Below, in pieces: positions 9,243-21,135 of a DNA stretch of 64,000 nt. Under the pieces are notes generated by a model. That model saw nothing but the letters and a program-made list of their open reading frames with translations. It was not told where the DNA came from and searched no databases. Source of the stretch: an uncultured Candidatus Saccharibacteria bacterium. GTDB lineage: Bacteria; Patescibacteriota; Minisyncoccia; Phycocordibacterales; UBA5272. The position numbers were made by a program, and so were the translations under genes. The stretch spans positions 2,489 to 66,488 of the forward strand of contig CAYXKW010000006.1 of assembly GCA_964464695.1 (NCBI GenBank), in the 5' to 3' direction. Positions within the stretch are counted from its first letter, which is position 1, and the number at the start of each line of letters is the position of its first letter.

Positions 9243-10055
9243 ATGAATGGTCATTTTCACCCAATTACACAGGCTGTAGATAAGGTTGCGCAGATTTTTA
9301 CGGATATCGGTTTTGATGTGGTTGATGGCCCAGAACTTGAAAGTGAGTGGTATAACTTTGATGCTCTGAACACTCCACGAGATCACCCGTCAAGAGATAT
9401 GCAGGATACGTTCTGGATTAAACCAGATACGTTCACTCCTTCGTCACTAACGACCGCTGAACAAGAGGCGCTTACAAAATATGGAAGTATGGGGCATGTT
9501 CTACGTACTCATACCTCAGGTGTTCAAGTTCGTACTATCGAGAGATGGATTAAAGAAAAAAAAGAATTTCCAGTTGCTGTAGTAGTTCCGGGAAAAGTGT
9601 TTCGTAACGAAGCAACAGACGCACGACACGAGGCGCAGTTCTACCAAGTTGAAGGTCTTATGGTTGGAAAGGATATCACACTCGCAAACTTAAAAGGTGT
9701 TCTTGAAAACTATTTTTCAAAATTTTTAGAGAAGGATACGCCGGTACGTTTCCGTTCATCTTTTTTTCCGTTCACTGAGCCTTCAGTAGAAGTAGATATG
9801 CTGTGTTTTAAATGTGAAGGAAAAGGTATAAAAAATGAAGAACGTTGTTCGCTTTGTTCAGCTTCAGGGTGGATAGAAGTCATGGGGGCAGGGATGGTGC
9901 ATCCAAATGTACTTCGTAATGCTGGACTTAATCCAGACGAATACCAAGGGTTCGCATTCGGCGGCGGGCTCGACAGACTTGTTATGTTAAAGACAGGAAT
10001 TGATGATATTCGTATGTTGTATAACGGGGATCTAAGGTTAGTAAGTCAATTCTAG
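9243..10055 (+). CDS. pheS: Phenylalanine--tRNA ligase alpha subunit, short form lacking the usual N-terminal extension
   Basis: Class II motifs FRNEATDARHEAQFYQVEG, FPFTEPSVEVD and GAGMVHPNVL, plus a Cys-rich insertion (CFKCEGKG..CSLC). Only 270 aa. Confidence 0.9.
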   Translation: MNGHFHPITQAVDKVAQIFTDIGFDVVDGPELESEWYNFDALNTPRDHPSRDMQDTFWIKPDTFTPSSLTTAEQEALTKYGSMGHVLRTHTSGVQVRTIERWIKEKKEFPVAVVVPGKVFRNEATDARHEAQFYQVEGLMVGKDITLANLKGVLENYFSKFLEKDTPVRFRSSFFPFTEPSVEVDMLCFKCEGKGIKNEERCSLCSASGWIEVMGAGMVHPNVLRNAGLNPDEYQGFAFGGGLDRLVMLKTGIDDIRMLYNGDLRLVSQF

Positions 10056-10060
10056 CCCAT

Positions 10061-11995
10061 ATGAAATTCTCTAAAGCATGGTTGCAAACCTATAGTAAAG
10101 AAGCATTGCCTGACACTAAAGTAATTGAAGAGGTTGTTACTTTTAATGCATTTGAAATAGAAGAAGTAACACAGGTAGAGGGAGATGATATTTTGGATAT
10201 CAAGGTGCTTCCAAACCGTGCACACGATGCTCTTGGTCACAGAGGGATGGCACACGATGTATGTGCGCTTACTGGTTCTACGTTTAATGACCCACATTCA
10301 TACTACAAAGGGGAAGGTGATACAACGGTAGTCTCACCAGTACTTCATATAGATGATACAACGGCTTGCACACGGTTCATGAGTGCTCGTATTGATGGTG
10401 TTACAGTTTTAGAGTCACCGGAGTGGCTCAAGACTCGCTTACAAGCTATTGGACAGAAGAGTATCAACTCAATTGTAGATATTACCAACTTCGTGCAGTT
10501 CTCAATTAATAAACCAATGCACGCTTATGACGCAAATCTTATTTCAGGAGGAATGCTTTCTGCAAGGTTCGCAACTCTTGGAGAGACACTCACTACGTTA
10601 GATGACAAGTCTCTTACCTTAGACGAAACGACGCTCGTCATAGCAGATAATGAGAAACCTCTAGGTCTAGCTGGTATAAAAGGGGGTAAATTTTCTGGCA
10701 TATCACAAGACACCACATCAGTAGTTTTAGAATCAGCCAATTTTAATGGTCCACTCATCAGAAAGACATCTCAGAAATATGGCATTCGTACCGATGCTTC
10801 CAAACGTTTCGAGAACGTCATTAGTGACACATTGGTTGAAGAGGGGTTGCGACTTACCATTTCACTCATTCTTGAATTATATCCTCATGCAAAAGTCTCT
10901 CCTATTGTAGACGTTTATCCAGTCACTCAAGAAAAAGTTACCGTAGATGTATCTGTTACACAGATAAATAAAGTGCTAGGTACGAAACTTACTGTAGAAG
11001 ATGTTACAAAAGTTTTTTCGTCGTTACTTTTTATTCACACGGTAACTGGAGATATTTTTACAGTTTTTGTCCCGGACGAGAGACTCGATGTCAGAATTAA
11101 AGAAGATTTAATCGAAGAAGTAGCACGTGTGCGTGGACTTGCGAGTATTCCGTCAGTCCTCCCAACGCTTTCTAGAAAAGGATTGCCACACAAGCGAATG
11201 TACTACGAAAACAAAATTAGAAAGATTCTTTTTGAACAAGGATTTTCTGATATTATGACGTATTCATTTGGGGATACTGGCGAAGTTGGAATCATTAAGG
11301 GACAGGCAAGTGACAAAGAAAAGCTTCGAAATATTTTGGGTAATGGGGTGCTTGAAGCTTTTCAGATGAACATGCTTAATGCTCCGCTTATGAAGTTAGA
11401 AACAATTAAAATGTATGAGTTTGGAAATATTTTTACAAAAGAATCAGGACAAGGATTCTCTAGCGGAGAGAGACGACATTTCGCAATTTGTTTTGACGAT
11501 GGAAAAAAGAAAACATCGTTTACTGATGAAGTGGATATGATACTAAGTGAGATCAAACGCACTCTGCAGGTTTCTAAAGTTGAATATGAAACTATATCAA
11601 CGAAACCATATGTAATAGAGATTGATTTTGATACACTTATTACATCTCTTCCAGAACCAACCTCCTATGAACCTCTTACACAGAATCCACTTTCTCATGC
11701 TTACCAAGCAATCTCTGCTTATCCGTTTATCACCCGTGATATTGCTATGTGGGTACCTGATTCTACAACATGGGAGAGTGTCAGCGCTCTTTGTTCTCAA
11801 GTGGGTAATCCTCTTGTTGCTCGTACTGATCTTTTTGATACCTTTTCAAAAGAAATTGAAGGTGTAAAAAAGACATCCCTTGCGTTTCGTCTAGTATTTC
11901 AAAGTTTTGAAAAGACGCTTACTGATGACGAAGTTAATGAAATGATGAAGCCATATTATGAGCTATTTAATACTAAAGGTTTTGAAATTAGATAA
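10061..11995 (+). CDS. pheT: Phenylalanine--tRNA ligase beta subunit (compact, 644 aa)
   Basis: N-terminus MKFSKAWLQTY is typical of PheT, it lies immediately downstream of pheS, and B3/B4 and B5 regions are recognisable. Confidence 0.85.
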   Translation: MKFSKAWLQTYSKEALPDTKVIEEVVTFNAFEIEEVTQVEGDDILDIKVLPNRAHDALGHRGMAHDVCALTGSTFNDPHSYYKGEGDTTVVSPVLHIDDTTACTRFMSARIDGVTVLESPEWLKTRLQAIGQKSINSIVDITNFVQFSINKPMHAYDANLISGGMLSARFATLGETLTTLDDKSLTLDETTLVIADNEKPLGLAGIKGGKFSGISQDTTSVVLESANFNGPLIRKTSQKYGIRTDASKRFENVISDTLVEEGLRLTISLILELYPHAKVSPIVDVYPVTQEKVTVDVSVTQINKVLGTKLTVEDVTKVFSSLLFIHTVTGDIFTVFVPDERLDVRIKEDLIEEVARVRGLASIPSVLPTLSRKGLPHKRMYYENKIRKILFEQGFSDIMTYSFGDTGEVGIIKGQASDKEKLRNILGNGVLEAFQMNMLNAPLMKLETIKMYEFGNIFTKESGQGFSSGERRHFAICFDDGKKKTSFTDEVDMILSEIKRTLQVSKVEYETISTKPYVIEIDFDTLITSLPEPTSYEPLTQNPLSHAYQAISAYPFITRDIAMWVPDSTTWESVSALCSQVGNPLVARTDLFDTFSKEIEGVKKTSLAFRLVFQSFEKTLTDDEVNEMMKPYYELFNTKGFEIR

Positions 11996-11997
11996 CT

Positions 11998-13281
11998 ATG
12001 AAATTACGAGAGTATAAAAATGTTCACTGTATAGGAATTGGCGGGATTGGATTGTCTGCACTCGCGCGGTACTGCTATTCACAAGGTGCACATGTTACTG
12101 GAAGTGACGCTGGTTCTTCACGTGTTACACATGATTTACAAAAAGAGGGAATTACGGTGTATCTACGTCACAACGTCGCCCATCTATCACCAGAAACCGA
12201 TTTGGTTATATATTCTATTGCAGTTGAGGATACAAATCCTGAACTACGTGCCGCACAATCAAAAGGACTACCTTGTATGACCTATCCAGAAGCCCTTGGG
12301 TTACTTACACAAGAATATAAAACAATTGCAGTATGTGGTACACATGGCAAAACGACAACGACTGCAATGGTTGCTAGTATGTTACAAAGTTGCGGTATTT
12401 CTCCAACAGTAGTAGTTGGCAGTTTGTTGTCTAACAAGGGAACTAATTTTATGTTAGGTGACAGTGAATATCTTGTTATTGAAGCATGTGAATACAGACG
12501 ATCCTTTCTTAACTTTAAACCAACATATACAATTGTTACAAACATTGATGAGGACCACTTAGATTATTACAGAGATTTGGCGGACATTCATTCTGCGTTT
12601 CAATCTTTTGTTGAAGTGCTTCCAGAACATGGAGCACTTATTACCCACAACGATACATCTCTCTCTACAGTGGCTAAAAAATATAACGCGGACGAAATAC
12701 CTAAAGACACAATTGAGCTTTCAGTGTTAGGTGAGCATAACAAGAAAAATGCCCAACTTGCGCTCATGCTTGCGCACGTTTTAGGATTGGATGAAACACT
12801 AGCTCGCAGTGGTCTACAGTCATTTTCTGGTACATGGAGACGTCTTGAATATCGTGGTATGCAAAAAGGAGCGGTCCTCTATGATGATTACGGTCATCAT
12901 CCACGAGAAATACAAGCAACATTGCAAGCTCTCAGAGAAAAGTATTCTACTCAAAAATTTAAAATTGTCGTCGTGTTCCAGCCACATTTGTACTCACGAA
13001 CTAAGTTACTACTTGAAGAGTTTTCTACAGCATTTACACTTGCAGATACAATTATTATCCTCCCAATTTATGCATCACGTGAAGAAGATGACGGAAGTGT
13101 TTCCTCGGAGGATTTGGTTGAAAAAACAGACAACGCAATCTATATGCAAACATTTGAAGAGGTTAAAAAATATTTAGATAAAAACGCCCACACTGGCTCC
13201 GTTGTTCTAACACTTGGCGCCGGGGACGTCTATCGCCTTTATGATATTTTCAAGACTGAAGAGGATGTGCTAAATGGTTAA
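11998..13281 (+). CDS. murC: UDP-N-acetylmuramate--L-alanine ligase
   Basis: GIGGIGLSALA Rossmann N-terminus, Mur-ligase P-loop GTHGKTTTTAM, DEDHLDYY. Confidence 0.85.
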   Translation: MKLREYKNVHCIGIGGIGLSALARYCYSQGAHVTGSDAGSSRVTHDLQKEGITVYLRHNVAHLSPETDLVIYSIAVEDTNPELRAAQSKGLPCMTYPEALGLLTQEYKTIAVCGTHGKTTTTAMVASMLQSCGISPTVVVGSLLSNKGTNFMLGDSEYLVIEACEYRRSFLNFKPTYTIVTNIDEDHLDYYRDLADIHSAFQSFVEVLPEHGALITHNDTSLSTVAKKYNADEIPKDTIELSVLGEHNKKNAQLALMLAHVLGLDETLARSGLQSFSGTWRRLEYRGMQKGAVLYDDYGHHPREIQATLQALREKYSTQKFKIVVVFQPHLYSRTKLLLEEFSTAFTLADTIIILPIYASREEDDGSVSSEDLVEKTDNAIYMQTFEEVKKYLDKNAHTGSVVLTLGAGDVYRLYDIFKTEEDVLNG

Positions 13282-13334
13282 GGCGAACAACAAGAATCTA
13301 CACAAACAATCCAAAAATATACTATACTGTCAGT

Positions 13335-14666
13335 ATGATACAAGATATGTTCGCTGAATACTTTTATGGTAAAAAAGTAACCGTCATGGGCTTGGGGTTA
13401 CTTGGTCGCGGTGTTGGGGATACGATGTTTCTTGCAGAAAACAGTGCTGAGTTAATTGTTACAGATATGAAAAGCGCTGAAGAGCTTGCTACGTCAGTGC
13501 AAGCTCTCAGTGGCTTCCAAGGTATTACCTATCATCTCGGCGGCCATACTGCTCCTGATTTTGAAAAGCGTGATTTTATTTTAAAGGCTGCGGGAGTCCC
13601 GTTAGATAGTGAATTTATTGCATATGCAAAATCACAAAATATTCCCGTCTACATGTCAGCAGCACTTGTATCTCATATAATTACAAAAGCAAATTTCGGA
13701 GTTACTATTATTGGTATTACGGGTACCCGTGGTAAAAGTACTGTTACACAAATGGTTGCTCATATCTTGGCTTCATCTGGACTTAGGGTTTTTTTAGGTG
13801 GAAATGTTAGAGGTGTTTCTAACTTACCGCTTCTTAAAGCGCTTGAAGAAGGTGATTATCTTGTGCTTGAGCTTGACTCATGGCAACTCCAAGGATTTGG
13901 AGATTTGAAAATCAGTCCACACATTTCTGTCTTCACAAGTTTCTTGGATGATCATATGAATTACTATAAAGATAATGTTGAAACATATTTTAATGATAAG
14001 GCTCAAATTTATCGCCACCAAAAAGAATACGATGTTCTTATTGCAAGCAAACAAGCTCTACAAGAAATTAAAAAACGTGATACCGTCACATCTATTGTTC
14101 CTGAGCTGCATAATTTTGAAATGGAGCTTATCGGTGAGCACAATCAAGTAGCAGCAGGACTCGCATACGAAGCAGCTACACAGTGTGGGCTGTCCGAAGA
14201 AGAAATTAGAAACGCTTTAAAAACCTTTAAAGCTGTCGAAGGTCGACTTCAGAAGATGGGGACATATCGTACAGAAAAAAAAGTTCAAGTATTTAATGAT
14301 AATAATGCAACATCAGGGGACGCAACCATTGCTGCAATTGATGCAATTAATGAAACGTACCATAAAAAACCAATACTTATTATTGGTGGAACAGATAAAG
14401 GTCTTTCACTAGATTCCCTAGAACAAAGTATTATTATTGGGGTTAAAAAATGTATTTTCCTTAAAGGTTCAGGCACAGACAGAATGACTCTTGCGAAAGA
14501 ATATGTTTTTGAGACTCTTCCAGAGTGTTTAGAAAAAGCATTTGAGATTGCTCGTGATGATGACATCATTCTTTTTTCTCCAGGATTTGCTTCTTTTTCA
14601 AAACACTTTAATAATGAATACGAAAGAAATGATGCATTTACAGAAGCTCTCAAAAAGTATTCGTAG
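13335..14666 (+). CDS. murD: UDP-N-acetylmuramoylalanine--D-glutamate ligase
   Basis: GITGTRGKSTVT P-loop, located downstream of murC, with Mur-ligase middle and C-terminal domains. Confidence 0.8.
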   Translation: MIQDMFAEYFYGKKVTVMGLGLLGRGVGDTMFLAENSAELIVTDMKSAEELATSVQALSGFQGITYHLGGHTAPDFEKRDFILKAAGVPLDSEFIAYAKSQNIPVYMSAALVSHIITKANFGVTIIGITGTRGKSTVTQMVAHILASSGLRVFLGGNVRGVSNLPLLKALEEGDYLVLELDSWQLQGFGDLKISPHISVFTSFLDDHMNYYKDNVETYFNDKAQIYRHQKEYDVLIASKQALQEIKKRDTVTSIVPELHNFEMELIGEHNQVAAGLAYEAATQCGLSEEEIRNALKTFKAVEGRLQKMGTYRTEKKVQVFNDNNATSGDATIAAIDAINETYHKKPILIIGGTDKGLSLDSLEQSIIIGVKKCIFLKGSGTDRMTLAKEYVFETLPECLEKAFEIARDDDIILFSPGFASFSKHFNNEYERNDAFTEALKKYS

Positions 14667-14703
14667 TAAGTAGGTTTTTACTTGATTATTAGTAGCACAG
14701 TAA

Positions 14704-16878
<2,175 letters not shown>

Positions 16879-16905
16879 ATTGCTAAACAAGTGCTACAAA
16901 GAAAA

Positions 16906-16948
16906 GAGGACACTGAGTCGCAAGGCCCGAGTGTCCTCTTTTCTTTTT
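16906..16948 (+). terminator. Rho-independent terminator after gyrB
   Basis: GAGGACAC...GTGTCCTC stem followed by TTTTCTTTTT. Confidence 0.7.
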
Positions 16949-17006
16949 CTCTCAACTATAGTAGAGTTAGTTTGGTTGTTTTATAAATCACGAAAGGAAA
17001 CAAACA

Positions 17007-17336
17007 ATGGGAACAGTAACTGTGCATATGACAGACATCCAAGGTGTACTTCTTGGGTTTTGCGATAGACACCAAGGATGTAGGAATATGTCATGTGTTG
17101 AATTTAAAAGCTGTCAGTACCACTGTGAAGACGCCTTGCTTTTGCATCAAGAAAAAAGAAGAAAAAATGGTTTGGGTGCAGGTGATGGGGCACATCTGCC
17201 ATCTGGATTACCAGGTGAACGTGGTGGGCCTGATGATTTCATTGCTGGGGAAATTGCCTGGGATTCGGGTACATCAAACGCTAAAGATCCTCATGATGGA
17301 GACTTTGACGATAGGCAGTTGCCGATCTTTCGGTAA
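17007..17336 (+). CDS. Hypothetical small Cys-rich protein (109 aa) in a GC-elevated island
   Basis: SD AAAGGAAA lies 7 nt upstream. The N-terminus has 5 Cys (CDRHQGC..C..C...C). It overlaps alternative-frame ORFs, so coding status is uncertain. Confidence 0.25.
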   Translation: MGTVTVHMTDIQGVLLGFCDRHQGCRNMSCVEFKSCQYHCEDALLLHQEKRRKNGLGAGDGAHLPSGLPGERGGPDDFIAGEIAWDSGTSNAKDPHDGDFDDRQLPIFR

Positions 17337-17438
17337 AACAGTTTCTTATATGCTTCGCGTCCGCGGAGCATTTTTTATTGACTTAGTGTGACTGTTTCTT
17401 TACTATTGTATATAGGTGTAACTACAGAAGGAATCATC

Positions 17439-17672
17439 ATGCTCGAAATTGACATGAAAGATCTCAGTTCATTGTCCGCAATCGCAGAGGCTTTACGGGA
17501 AAATAGGATTCTTGCAGCAACATGTCAGTTGATGCAGCCTCACTGTGTTGCTTCAAATGAGGAACGGTTTAGGCCAATTGCTACAGTATGGATCAATTCT
17601 ACCCCTTTAAAGCTCAATGTGTACGCACTGGAAATATCACCAGCTGGAGGAAATGATGGGAAATCAAAATAA
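17439..17672 (+). CDS. Hypothetical small protein (about 78 aa)
   Basis: Internal Met MLEIDMKD preceded by SD GAAGGA with 6-nt spacing. No known motif. Confidence 0.25.
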   Translation: MLEIDMKDLSSLSAIAEALRENRILAATCQLMQPHCVASNEERFRPIATVWINSTPLKLNVYALEISPAGGNDGKSK

Positions 17673-17835
17673 TGACATGAAGCCAGGTAAAGGGGAGGCT
17701 ACCTCTTGCCCTCGTCAATCGTGGCCGATATCTCAAGATTGGATGTTTTCAAAAGATAGTCTTCCGCATTTTGTGGGGCTAACAAAGAAACCCACGAATA
17801 AGGATCCACTTTCTTGTGATTCATTGAAAAAATAA
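17653..17835 (+). CDS. Hypothetical small protein (about 60 aa)
   Basis: SD GGAGGA 4 nt upstream of ATGATG. Followed by hairpins and a terminator (CTCGCA..TGCGAG + T6) at 17868-17893. Confidence 0.25.
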   Translation: MMGNQNNDMKPGKGEATSCPRQSWPISQDWMFSKDSLPHFVGLTKKPTNKDPLSCDSLKK

Positions 17836-17970
17836 ATTTCATATCTGTAACATATGTGTTACAACTTCAAACTCGCAAGTATTGTGCGAGTTTTTTCTTG
17901 CATGATTTATAAATAGGAGTAGGATTGAGCGAGGTAGTTACATATAGAAATATTAAAGAAAGGCAAAAAG

Positions 17971-18522
17971 ATGGAAAAAGCACTCCAAAGAATTTACAGT
18001 GATGCTGAAATTGCATATCAAGAGGTAGTACTCCTTGTGTCACTCTATAATGACGACCATCAAAAGAATGGCCCATGCAAGCAATTACTTGGAATAGAAG
18101 AAGATATGTCGAGACATCTTCTTGTTAAGTCATTTGCACTTGTGCTCGGCTCTTCTTTTGAGGCACATTGCGGAAAAGTTTTGCAAGCCTCAGTTGATCT
18201 TACTCGGTCAGACTGGGTTAAAACCGTCGTTAGCTATGTGATGAATGACAAACATCCACAAAAAGTATTAACAAAGGAAGATGAACATTCTTGGCTTTGT
18301 ATTAAAGATTCGAATGTATGGGTTGATATTTTACCTCAGGGTTCTGGTATGAGTTGGTTAACACCGGTAAAGTATTTACCTGGTCCACGTAGACCAGGTT
18401 ACTCACGGGGGCTAATAGATAAAAAAAATACACCAAGCATGCAACAGTTTCTTGAATTTTCGAAATATCTTGAAGCTCTTAGGTTAAATCGAGACCCAAG
18501 AGTATTTGGCGGAAACAAATGA
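17971..18522 (+). CDS. Hypothetical 183-aa protein with no recognisable family
   Basis: Clean ORF with SD-like AAAGAAAGG upstream and a bidirectional terminator right after (18531-18560). Confidence 0.4.
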   Translation: MEKALQRIYSDAEIAYQEVVLLVSLYNDDHQKNGPCKQLLGIEEDMSRHLLVKSFALVLGSSFEAHCGKVLQASVDLTRSDWVKTVVSYVMNDKHPQKVLTKEDEHSWLCIKDSNVWVDILPQGSGMSWLTPVKYLPGPRRPGYSRGLIDKKNTPSMQQFLEFSKYLEALRLNRDPRVFGGNK

Positions 18523-18530
18523 AGTGAAAC

Positions 18531-18560
18531 AAAAAAACCAGCGTAGCGCTGGTTTTATTT
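18531..18560. terminator. Bidirectional terminator (A7-CCAGCG tag CGCTGG-T rich) between the 17971 ORF and thrS
   Basis: Perfect 6-bp stem flanked by an A-run and a T-run. Confidence 0.6.
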
Positions 18561-18576
18561 TTTAATAATAGTATAT

Positions 18577-20337
18577 TTATTTTTTCTCGTTAATTTCAGT
18601 CTTTATTTTTTCAATCAATTCATCTAATTTCATTTCTCCAATTTTACCAAGCGCTCGATGTTCAAGAGTTACTGTCCCATTTGTTACTTCAGCATCTCCA
18701 ATGACTGCCCAGTACGGTGTTTTCATTTCACGAACTGCTCGAATTTTTTTACCTAGCCCTTCTCTCGAATTATCTAATTCTACTCGAATATCTTGATTGA
18801 GCAATTCTTTGTGAATTGTCTCTGCATATTCCTGATGCTTATCCGAAATAGGGAGCAAGGTGATTTGGTTCGGAGAAACCCAAAGAGGGAAGTTCCCTGC
18901 AGTATGCTCAATAAATGTAGACATAAACCGTTCAAGACTACCCATAACTGCACAGTGAATCATAACTGGAGTTTCTTTTTTTCCTTCATCATTTACAAAT
19001 TCAAGTTCAAGATTAACTGGCTGTACGAAGTCTAGTTGGATTGTAGCTACTTGCCATGTGCGTCCGATTGAATCTTTTGCCATGAAGTCGATTTTTGGGC
19101 CATAAAAAGCAGCTTCTCCAGGACCGTCTATCCATGTATCACTACTACGAGCATCAATTAGATTCTTAATTGCACTTTCAGCCTTGTCCCATCCGTCAGT
19201 GCTCCCCATGTACTTTTCAGGAAGTGCAGGGTCACGACGTGAGAATCGAGGAACAAGCGAGAAACCAAATGTTCCATAAAATTCTGAAATAATATCCCAG
19301 ACATTACCCATTTCTGTTTCGAGTTGAGATTCACGACAAAATACGTGCGCATCATCTTGTGTAATAGAGAGTACTCGTGCAAGACCCGATAGCTCGCCAG
19401 ATTGCTCATCGCGGTATACCATTGTTGTCTCGCAGAAACGAATAGGGAGTTCTTTGTATGAACGCATCTCACTTGCATATATCTGTGCGTGGTGTGGACA
19501 GTTCATCGGTTTCATACAAAATGTATGTCCGTCACGAGTGTTTATTTTGAAGAGGTCCTCAGCATACTTTGCCCAGTGCCCACTCTTAATATACAAATCA
19601 TTTTTAGTGATATGAGGGATGGTAACTTTTTGGTAGCCTTGTTTACGTCTGAGTGACCATAGGTAGTCATTTAAAGTCTCTCGCACTATTGTTCCACGTG
19701 GTGTCCAGAGTGGTAGTCCAGGCCCAACGAGGTCGCTGAATGTAAAAAGCCTCAACTGCTTCCCAAGAATTCTATGATCTCGCTTCTTAGCTTCTTCTTG
19801 TTGAGTTGTGTATGCGTCTAATGCCTCTTTACTTTCAAAAGCAATACCATATATACGCGTAAGCATTGCGTTTTTTTCATCTCCTCGCCAATATGCTCCA
19901 GCAACATGAGAAAGCTTGAAGCTGTCTTGTGGAATTTCTTTTGTGTTAGTAACGTGAGGCCCTTCACAGAGATCAAAGAAGTCTTTTCCTGTACGGTAGA
20001 GCGTTACATCAACTCCTGCTTTTTCTATACTATCAATTATTTCTAGCTTGAAGCTGTTATCTTTAAATAGTTCTTTTGCTTGTAGTACAGGGACCGTTTC
20101 GACAATAAATTCAAGATTTTGCGAAAGGATTTTTCGCATATCTTTTTCTAGAGCGTCGAGGTCATCTTCTCCAATTTTTATACCGCCGAAGTCTACATCA
20201 TAATAAAAGCCGTTATCGGTCACAGGGCCAATTGTTGGGAGTGCTTTTGGGAACTTCTTCGAAATAGCCATAAGAAGCACGTGTGCCAAAGAGTGTCGAT
20301 TGTTAAATAATTGGTTTGTTTCCTGATTGTTTGCCAT
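18577..20337 (-). CDS. thrS: Threonine--tRNA ligase
   Basis: Class II aaRS motifs, a Zn-binding catalytic core (CPHHAQIY, HCAVMGS) and a C-terminal anticodon-binding domain. 586 aa. Confidence 0.9.
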   Translation of the reverse strand: MANNQETNQLFNNRHSLAHVLLMAISKKFPKALPTIGPVTDNGFYYDVDFGGIKIGEDDLDALEKDMRKILSQNLEFIVETVPVLQAKELFKDNSFKLEIIDSIEKAGVDVTLYRTGKDFFDLCEGPHVTNTKEIPQDSFKLSHVAGAYWRGDEKNAMLTRIYGIAFESKEALDAYTTQQEEAKKRDHRILGKQLRLFTFSDLVGPGLPLWTPRGTIVRETLNDYLWSLRRKQGYQKVTIPHITKNDLYIKSGHWAKYAEDLFKINTRDGHTFCMKPMNCPHHAQIYASEMRSYKELPIRFCETTMVYRDEQSGELSGLARVLSITQDDAHVFCRESQLETEMGNVWDIISEFYGTFGFSLVPRFSRRDPALPEKYMGSTDGWDKAESAIKNLIDARSSDTWIDGPGEAAFYGPKIDFMAKDSIGRTWQVATIQLDFVQPVNLELEFVNDEGKKETPVMIHCAVMGSLERFMSTFIEHTAGNFPLWVSPNQITLLPISDKHQEYAETIHKELLNQDIRVELDNSREGLGKKIRAVREMKTPYWAVIGDAEVTNGTVTLEHRALGKIGEMKLDELIEKIKTEINEKK

Positions 20338-20399
20338 GATATACCTTATAGTATCAGAAAAAGTGCTTTTTAGGGAAATTTTGTACAGATAATTTCAAT

Positions 20400-20427
20400 T
20401 GACTTCCTTTGCCAGTCTTGTATTATT
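20400..20427 (+). promoter_or_regulatory. Sigma70-like promoter TTGACT-16-TATTAT upstream of the first lemA
   Basis: Sequence match only. A divergent thrS promoter with TATAAT is also present on the opposite strand. Confidence 0.35.
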
Positions 20428-20492
20428 AATTATACGGCAGTGCTTCAGAAGACAGTCATGATAGATGGGCACTGTAAACAATTAATTTAACT

Positions 20493-21053
20493 ATGACAAC
20501 ACTATATATTATTCTTGGAATTCTCGCAGTCGTTATTATTACGATTATTGGAATCTATAACGGCCTTGTTACGCTTACTCAGCGAGTAAAAGAAGCATGG
20601 TCAGACATTGACGTACAACTTAAGCGTCGCTATGATCTCATTCCTAACCTTGTTAATACAGTAAAAGGATCTTCAAATTTTGAGACTTCAACACTTGAAA
20701 AGGTTGTGGAAGCTCGTGCAAAGGCGATGGGGGCAGGGACAACTGCAGAACATGCTGCTGCTGAAAATATGCTTTCAGGTGCACTTAAGAGTATTTTTGC
20801 ACTTGCAGAAAGTTACCCTGATCTTAAAAGTAATCAGAACTATCTCTCATTACAATCAGAACTATCAGATACTGAAAACAAGATTCAGGCAGCACGTCGT
20901 TTCTATAATAGTAATGTTATGGCATACAACACCAAGATAAAGACCGTACCGTCAAACATCATTGCAAGTTGGTTTTCATTTACTGAAAAAGAATTCTTTG
21001 AACTAAATGAAGGTGAGCAAGCTGCTCGTAATCCTGTTGAAGTAAAGTTCTAA
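20493..21053 (+). CDS. LemA family protein
   Basis: N-terminal TM followed by QLKRRYDLIPNLVNTVKG and a LemA-type helical domain. Confidence 0.8.
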   Translation: MTTLYIILGILAVVIITIIGIYNGLVTLTQRVKEAWSDIDVQLKRRYDLIPNLVNTVKGSSNFETSTLEKVVEARAKAMGAGTTAEHAAAENMLSGALKSIFALAESYPDLKSNQNYLSLQSELSDTENKIQAARRFYNSNVMAYNTKIKTVPSNIIASWFSFTEKEFFELNEGEQAARNPVEVKF

Positions 21054-21135
21054 TTGAGACATTAAGAACGCAATTATCTTTATAAGCAAATTAGTAATCT
21101 ACTGATTCTTATTTGCTAATTGCAATAGTACTACT

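Noticed and set aside
16950-17960. RNase P RNA, tmRNA or a group II intron in the ORF-poor GC-elevated stretch after gyrB
   Set aside because: None of the diagnostic motifs (GGAAAGUCCGG / ACAGAA.CCGGCUUA, a tRNA-like 3' end, or an intron domain V GAGC..GAAA..GUUC) are present. The real RNase P RNA is elsewhere, on the minus strand at 37004..37348.
17971-18522. HEPN / abortive-infection-type nuclease assignment for the 183-aa hypothetical protein
   Set aside because: No Rx4-6H motif with the right spacing or other defining residues could be identified by eye. It is left as hypothetical.
20338-20492. T-box leader upstream of thrS (and of pheS at 9117..9242)
   Set aside because: The leaders are only about 95-130 nt and lack the T-box sequence (AAUUAGGGUGGNACCGCG) and a specifier-loop architecture. 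Only promoter-like elements, short hairpins and the 17-bp inverted repeat are present.
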